Source of the DNA: a virus
Taxonomy: Duplodnaviria > Caudoviricetes
DNA length: 48,290 bases
Direction: 5' to 3' (one strand)
IMG/VR virus record: IMGVR_UViG_3300037601_000122
Span: 1 to 48,290 of that record
Shown here: positions 43,627 through 48,290 of the stretch, piece after piece
How the letters are laid out: each line of letters begins with the position of its first letter
Position numbering within the stretch: position 1 is the first letter of the stretch
Made by a program: the position numbers and the translations under genes
Notes under the pieces: generated by a model
What the model was told of the DNA's origin: nothing
Database searches by the model: none
What the model saw: only the letters and a program-made list of their open reading frames with translations

Positions 43627-43674
43627 ATGCATTAATGCATTTTCTTGCTTGACCGCATCTGTGCATTAATGCAT
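43627..43674 (+). promoter_or_regulatory. Early promoter with two CI operators
   Basis: TGCATTAATGCA at 43628 and 43662, flanking TTGACC at 43649. Confidence 0.8.
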
Positions 43675-43724
43675 GCTCTCCCCATCAGATCACCGAGGCA
43701 ATGCCTCTAGAGGGAGATGGGTTG

Positions 43725-44234
43725 ATGACGAAGCGCCCAGCGGATTGGATGGAGCGGCAGAAGTTTCGCTCTCTGGATATCGCCAGGCTGCGCGAGCTTT
43801 TCGCTTATGACCCGTGCACGGGGCTAATTACCAACCGCATTACTCGTGGCAATGCCACCGCTGGCGCGATCGCCAGCACTGAGCGGGCTGATGGATATCG
43901 GCGCATCAGGGTCGATGGCGTCTATGTGAAATCACACAACCTCGCCTGGGCCCTGCATTTCGGTCAGTGGCCCAGCGCCATCCTCGATCACATCAATCGC
44001 GTTAAGTCCGACGACAGGATCGAGAACCTTCGCGAGAGCACCTACTCCGCCAACGCGCACAACAAAGCCCACATCAAGAACATGACGGGCCACCCTGGCG
44101 CGTTCCCGTCGAAGCGCCGGTTTCGGTCACGGATTGTCGTGAATGGCGTCCGGCACTCCCTCGGTTCGTTCAGGACAGCCGAGGAGGCGTCAGCCGCCTA
44201 TGTCGAGGCAAAGCGCAAACTAGCAACCCCATGA
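43725..44234 (+). CDS. HNH homing endonuclease with an AP2-like C-terminus
   Basis: L...F.YDP.TG, GY..I, H.LAW..H.G.WP...DHIN..K.D.RIENLR and LG.F.T.EEA..AY motifs. Confidence 0.9.
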   Translation: MTKRPADWMERQKFRSLDIARLRELFAYDPCTGLITNRITRGNATAGAIASTERADGYRRIRVDGVYVKSHNLAWALHFGQWPSAILDHINRVKSDDRIENLRESTYSANAHNKAHIKNMTGHPGAFPSKRRFRSRIVVNGVRHSLGSFRTAEEASAAYVEAKRKLATP

Positions 44235-44293
44235 CCTTTCTTCAGCCCTCCTCCGCAGTGGGGAGGGACGATGAAGGATCAGGAGATTTCACA

Positions 44294-44515
44294 ATGGCAT
44301 GCGATTGCATCACCACCGTCAACGCCAAGCTGGCCGAGCGCAACACACGCTTGACCGAGGCGCTTGTCTTCGGTCGCCGCGCCGAGCTGCCGACCATCAT
44401 GCTTCAGACCGAGGTCATCGAGAAGAAGCGCGGCGCCAGGCCTACCAGTATGTTTCTGACTTACTGCCCTTTCTGCGGCACGAAGTACGAAGCCGAGGCC
44501 GAACAAGCCGCCTAA
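44294..44515 (+). CDS. Small Cys-rich phage protein
   Basis: AGGAG RBS; CDC...YCPFCG. Confidence 0.75.
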   Translation: MACDCITTVNAKLAERNTRLTEALVFGRRAELPTIMLQTEVIEKKRGARPTSMFLTYCPFCGTKYEAEAEQAA

Positions 44516-44572
44516 CCCCTTCCCTCTCCTGGGCGGCGGGTTTGGCTAATAACCGGCCCGCCGATTTATTCC

Positions 44573-45028
44573 ATGCCAAGGCGTTTTCGACGCGGCTACC
44601 GAGACAGTTTCTCAAGGCTCCCCATTGCCGTCCAACTGAAGATGAAGGCCGAAGAGGAAACCAGGCGCCGCCACAGGATCGCCCGCTACATGGCGAAGAC
44701 GCCAGAGGAGCGGCAGATCGAAGACGAGATGAATGAAGCTCTGGGTCAGGTCAGGAGAAAGCTGCACGAGGAAGGCGTCCCATTCGATAACTACGACGTT
44801 CTCAGCCTCATCGACGACCGGGAAAGCGTGATTAAAGCCGAGGCGGAAAGAAAGCTCGCCGCACTTCCCCCAGAGAAACGCTCGGACGGCACCTACGACG
44901 TCAACACCTTTGACTTCGAGGCATACGACAAGGCCCAGCGCGAGGCGAGCCAGGCGCGCTTCGAGAAGTATCTGAATGAGAAATTCCCGCCAGCCAAGGA
45001 AAGGTCAGGCGATGCATCCCGCTCTTGA
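44573..45028 (+). CDS. Hypothetical charged protein
   Basis: 151-aa ORF in the early operon. Confidence 0.6.
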   Translation: MPRRFRRGYRDSFSRLPIAVQLKMKAEEETRRRHRIARYMAKTPEERQIEDEMNEALGQVRRKLHEEGVPFDNYDVLSLIDDRESVIKAEAERKLAALPPEKRSDGTYDVNTFDFEAYDKAQREASQARFEKYLNEKFPPAKERSGDASRS

Positions 45029-45116
45029 GGTTTCTATCTGCTCTGTCTGGTTTCTGCTGATGATTGCTGCTGCCTTCTGGTGTCGGCATGGGATTCCTGT
45101 GTGGGAGGCGTTCTGA
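45012..45116 (+). CDS. Small hydrophobic peptide (34 aa)
   Basis: MHPALEVSICSVWFLLMIAAAFWCRHGIPVWEAF; TGATG coupling to the next gene. Confidence 0.4.
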   Translation: MHPALEVSICSVWFLLMIAAAFWCRHGIPVWEAF

Positions 45117-45379
45117 TGCATCTCACCGACAATGAGATAACCGCCCTGTCCGCCTGGCGCGGCTCGAACGAAGAGAACAACGTCCTCTCGTTTGCCGCGG
45201 TCGCCCAGCGCAGCGCGATCCCTCAGGGCAGCGTGCGCAGGTTCGTGCGAGCCCTTGCCCGGAAGGGTGCGCTGCAGTTTTGCCGGATGAGTTGGAACGA
45301 TGAAGGGCCTTGCGGCGCCGGCTACATGCCAACGAAGGCAGGGTATGAAGCCATCGCTGAATTCGGTGACACCGAATGA
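45116..45379 (+). CDS. Small wHTH-like protein
   Basis: GGGAGG RBS; VRR.VRALARKG...G.GY.PT.AG. Confidence 0.65.
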   Translation: MHLTDNEITALSAWRGSNEENNVLSFAAVAQRSAIPQGSVRRFVRALARKGALQFCRMSWNDEGPCGAGYMPTKAGYEAIAEFGDTE

Positions 45380-45525
45380 CCAGCATCATCGAACCCAAAG
45401 CCACCTGCGACGATCAAGGCAACTGGCGCACCATCCTCATGGTCCGCACCCGTTCCGGCAAGGGATGGATAGAGACTGTTGTTACTGCTCCTTCTGACCG
45501 GGCAGATCGGAAGGAAGCAGCATGA
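45376..45525 (+). CDS. Small hypothetical protein (49 aa)
   Basis: MTSIIEPKATCDDQGNWR...KEAA; ATGA overlaps at both ends. Confidence 0.55.
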   Translation: MTSIIEPKATCDDQGNWRTILMVRTRSGKGWIETVVTAPSDRADRKEAA

Positions 45526-45833
45526 GCCAGAACCCCTTCGGCCCGTTATCTGATGAGGAAATTCAGGCTGCTATCAACGCCCCTTTCGGCGGCGCCGCTG
45601 ACATATTGCGCAAGCATGATCCCATGTGGGGCAAGTTCCTATCCACCGGCGACAAAATCAGGTGGAAGGTCACGCTGCATCAGCAGGTGACGATGCAGGC
45701 AACAACTTACGTCGAGGCGGAGACCGAGGAAGAGGCTGAAGAGCTGGCCGCCATGATTGATAGCGCGAAGCTGACGTTCGACACCTTTGTCGATTCTGAC
45801 GATGGCGAAGTGATCGAGGCGGTTCCAGCATGA
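45522..45833 (+). CDS. Acidic hypothetical protein
   Basis: VEAETEEEAEELA; ATGA coupling. Confidence 0.65.
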   Translation: MSQNPFGPLSDEEIQAAINAPFGGAADILRKHDPMWGKFLSTGDKIRWKVTLHQQVTMQATTYVEAETEEEAEELAAMIDSAKLTFDTFVDSDDGEVIEAVPA

Positions 45834-46051
45834 AGCGCCGCCTCACCATTCCCGAGCAGAACGCCCTCAAGTTTGTGGCACGTCAGGGCGGTTCCTACTG
45901 CCCCAACGATGACGCCATGCGCGAGCCCGGCATCATGGACACCCTCAATTCGCTGAAAAGGAAGAAGCGCCTATCGGTCACCGCTGAGGATGGTGCACCG
46001 CCGATGTTTCACCTCACTGCCTTGGGGCAAGAGGAGGTGGAGCATGGGTGA
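45830..46051 (+). CDS. Small wHTH-like protein
   Basis: LT..E..AL and F.LT..G; ATGA coupling. Confidence 0.6.
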   Translation: MKRRLTIPEQNALKFVARQGGSYCPNDDAMREPGIMDTLNSLKRKKRLSVTAEDGAPPMFHLTALGQEEVEHG

Positions 46052-46439
46052 CTTTGGGCACATCCATGGCCGTGTCGGCAATTGCTTCATCGACTCGTGG
46101 GGCAAGGGGCCCTTCGAAATCGAGGTGGCTGACAGGGTCTACCGCTTCGAAGATAGTGACATGTTTGGGCCGCACCGGCTCAAGGCAAATGGCGATCCGC
46201 ACGAAGTCAATTTTGGCCAGAAGTCACCATTCTGGGCGGCGCACCGCCTTTGGGTTGAGCAAGGCCGGCAAGTCGATCAGGACAGCAAGACATGCATCTG
46301 GCGTGAGGCGTTGCCGACCATCGTCCAGAAGATCGGCAACATGCACATGGTCATTCAGCACGGCGAGCCGAGCGGCCCATATCGAATTGTGAGGCATGTT
46401 CAGGTCGAAGCGCCAAAGCGGGATCACCGCAATGGCTAG
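46044..46439 (+). CDS. Hypothetical protein
   Basis: GGAGG RBS; GPF.I.V....YRFEDSD.FGP...FW.A...W..QGR. Confidence 0.65.
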   Translation: MGDFGHIHGRVGNCFIDSWGKGPFEIEVADRVYRFEDSDMFGPHRLKANGDPHEVNFGQKSPFWAAHRLWVEQGRQVDQDSKTCIWREALPTIVQKIGNMHMVIQHGEPSGPYRIVRHVQVEAPKRDHRNG

Positions 46440-46833
46440 ATCCCGCCGCTACGAGTTCAGCAAGCAGACCAAGCGCGAGGCCCTACAGCGGTCGGGGAAG
46501 CTCTGCGAGGCCGCAGGGTCAGTCTATGGCCTTCCGCCCGGCCAGCGCTGCAATGCGCCGCTGGATAGTGGCGTTGAGTTCGATCACTACCCCGCCCCGG
46601 CAACGGACAAGGGCAGCGACACGATCGAGAACTGTGTTGCCACCTGCAAGACCTGCCATCGGTACAAGACGTCGACATTCGATGTCCCGGTGCAGGCTAA
46701 GACCAAGCGAGTCAGCGACAAGCACCAGGGCATCGCCCGACCGAAACACCAATGGGGCCGCCAGCGCCTGGGCAATGGAAACCAGCAACGGACTGCCTCC
46801 CGCCCTATTGAGAAATGGAGCCTGCTGAAATGA
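46432..46833 (+). CDS. HNH endonuclease
   Basis: EFS...K..A..RSG..CE, EFDH and NC...C..CH..KT motifs. Confidence 0.85.
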   Translation: MARSRRYEFSKQTKREALQRSGKLCEAAGSVYGLPPGQRCNAPLDSGVEFDHYPAPATDKGSDTIENCVATCKTCHRYKTSTFDVPVQAKTKRVSDKHQGIARPKHQWGRQRLGNGNQQRTASRPIEKWSLLK

Positions 46834-46835
46834 CC

Positions 46836-47087
46836 TCAGTTCAACTTGCCGCGCACCGCATCCATCATAGCGCCCCAGGACTCCGCCAGGCGATAGACCT
46901 GCTCGGCCTTGACCGGCTGATCGACAGCAATTCCCTCAAGTACGACTATTTCTTCTGCCATCAGGTTCAGATCAGCCAGCGGCCATTGGCCGGCGCGTGT
47001 CATTTCGGCGTATCGATGCAGCGTCTGCCGGGACTTGATGATGCGCTGATTGGCTTCTTCGGGGGTCATGGCGGCAGACAATGACAA
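46836..47087 (-). CDS. Hypothetical protein (counter-oriented)
   Basis: 83-aa helical ORF filling the gap between the HNH and xis genes. Confidence 0.5.
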   Translation of the reverse strand: MSLSAAMTPEEANQRIIKSRQTLHRYAEMTRAGQWPLADLNLMAEEIVVLEGIAVDQPVKAEQVYRLAESWGAMMDAVRGKLN

Positions 47088-47293
47088 AACCAGCCATATT
47101 CACGCAAGGCGATATTTCTAAGCTGCTGAAGGGCGCCAAGGCCGCCGGCATGCCCGTCAAGCGTGTCATCATCGATCGCTCCGGACGGATAGTTGCCGAC
47201 TTCGGAGAAACCGAACAAGATGCAGCCCCGCCCAACGAATGGGACGAAGTGTTCAATGCCCAAGAAGAGCGGCCTGCCAAAAGGCGTCACTGA
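47081..47293 (+). CDS. Probable excisionase / recombination directionality factor
   Basis: F.Q.DI..LLK.AKAAG..V..V.I...G.I...NEWD; overlaps the integrase start. Confidence 0.65.
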   Translation: MTKPAIFTQGDISKLLKGAKAAGMPVKRVIIDRSGRIVADFGETEQDAAPPNEWDEVFNAQEERPAKRRH

Positions 47294-48290
47294 GTTTCAG
47301 GACCGCCATGAAAAATGGCACCTGCGCTATCGCGCTAAAGGCCAGCCCACCTACTACTTCAAGTCTCGGCCAGGTCAGGACGGGTTTTGGGAGGAGTATG
47401 AGCAGGCCAAGGCAGGCAAGCCAGAGGCTCCTGCCGTTCGAACCAGCATGCGGACAAAGCCGGGAAGCATCTCGGCTCTGATCGCGGTCTATTATGGAAC
47501 GCCAGAATTCACTGGTCTGGCGCCCAGCTCGCGCAAGACCTATCGCAACATGCTCGAGCGCTTTCGCGAGGCCCACGGCGACAAGCAGGTCGCTACGCTG
47601 ACCCGCGCCCATATCAAGGCGATTATTGGTAGCATGTCAGCAACGCCAGCCGCGGCGAACAATCTGTTGGATCGCCTCCGAGTGCTGATGAAAATCGCCA
47701 TGGATGATGACTGGCGGCCGGATGACCCAACCTATCGAGTAAAGGGCTTCAAGCTGTCAGGGGATGGATTCCACACCTGGACGGAAGACGACATCACCAA
47801 GTTCTGCGAGCACTACCCCATCGGCACCAGCGCGCGCCTGGCAATGGGGCTGATGCTCTACACCGGCCAGCGCCGCTCCGACATGGTTAAGATGGGCTGG
47901 CAGCACATTACGGGCGACAGGATCCGGGTTCACCAGATCAAGACCGACACTATGCTCTCCATCCCGATCCATCCCGACCTGGCCGAGATATTGGCGAGCG
48001 CCACCAGGACGGATATGCCGATCCTGCTCACGCAGTTCGGGAAGCCCTTCACCGCCAACGGATTCGGCAACAGGATGCGAAGATGGTGCACCGATGCCGG
48101 CTTGGTTGAATGCAGCTCGCACGGGCTTCGAAAGGCGGCCGCGAGGCGGATGGCGGAGGCAGGCTGTAGCAACAAGGAGATCATGGCGATTACCGGTCAC
48201 CAGACCGACAAAGAGGTCACGCGCTACACTAAGGCAGCGGACCAGATAAAGCTCGCGGATCGAGCCATGAAAGCGATCGGCGGCAGTTAG
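47256..48290 (+). CDS. int: Tyrosine integrase
   Basis: DRH...RYR N-terminus, TGQRRSD, Q.KT, HGLRKAAA, ITGH and RY catalytic residues. Confidence 0.96.
   Translation: MPKKSGLPKGVTEFQDRHEKWHLRYRAKGQPTYYFKSRPGQDGFWEEYEQAKAGKPEAPAVRTSMRTKPGSISALIAVYYGTPEFTGLAPSSRKTYRNMLERFREAHGDKQVATLTRAHIKAIIGSMSATPAAANNLLDRLRVLMKIAMDDDWRPDDPTYRVKGFKLSGDGFHTWTEDDITKFCEHYPIGTSARLAMGLMLYTGQRRSDMVKMGWQHITGDRIRVHQIKTDTMLSIPIHPDLAEILASATRTDMPILLTQFGKPFTANGFGNRMRRWCTDAGLVECSSHGLRKAAARRMAEAGCSNKEIMAITGHQTDKEVTRYTKAADQIKLADRAMKAIGGS

Larger units (their letters stand above)
2298..48290. mobile_element. Temperate siphovirus-type prophage (HK97-like head), apparently complete
   Basis: Lysis, tail, head, packaging, replication, cI/cro and xis/int modules lie in lambdoid order from tRNA-Tyr to the integrase. 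The right att lies outside the window. Confidence 0.93.

Overview
The window is dominated by an apparently complete, roughly 46 kb temperate siphovirus-type prophage of an alphaproteobacterium (Rhizobiales/Hyphomicrobiales-like, inferred from a GapR homologue and GTTC-N7-GTTC SOS boxes). It starts right after tRNA-Tyr (2213-2297) and runs to its tyrosine integrase (47256-48290); the second att site is not in the window. To the left are a divergent tRNA-Gly(TCC), a frameshifted integrase remnant of an older element and an OafA-like acyltransferase. Prophage order: left accessory genes (secreted SNase, SRAP, small protein + HTH, Zn-ribbon proteins, exported protein), lysis (GH108 lysin + 3 membrane proteins), a gtr-like glycosylation cassette with a DedA/VTT protein in place of GtrA, an SGNH/SASA esterase coupled to the tail fibre, tail, HK97-type head, terminase/HNH, a NusG-like regulator, a replication initiator with iterons, two orphan MTases (the C5 MTase has a nested alternate-frame gene), GapR, a LexA-DBD protein, the cro/cI switch with TGCATTAATGCA operators, a DUF3800-like gene followed by a structured ~118-nt putative ncRNA, and the early operon ending in xis-int. 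Best candidates for an undescribed system: the DUF3800 + ncRNA module behind cI, the GT2-DedA-GT-C/discoidin cassette, the nested two-frame MTase with a Zn ribbon, and a phage SOS circuit. All family calls come from motif recognition by eye; no searches were run.
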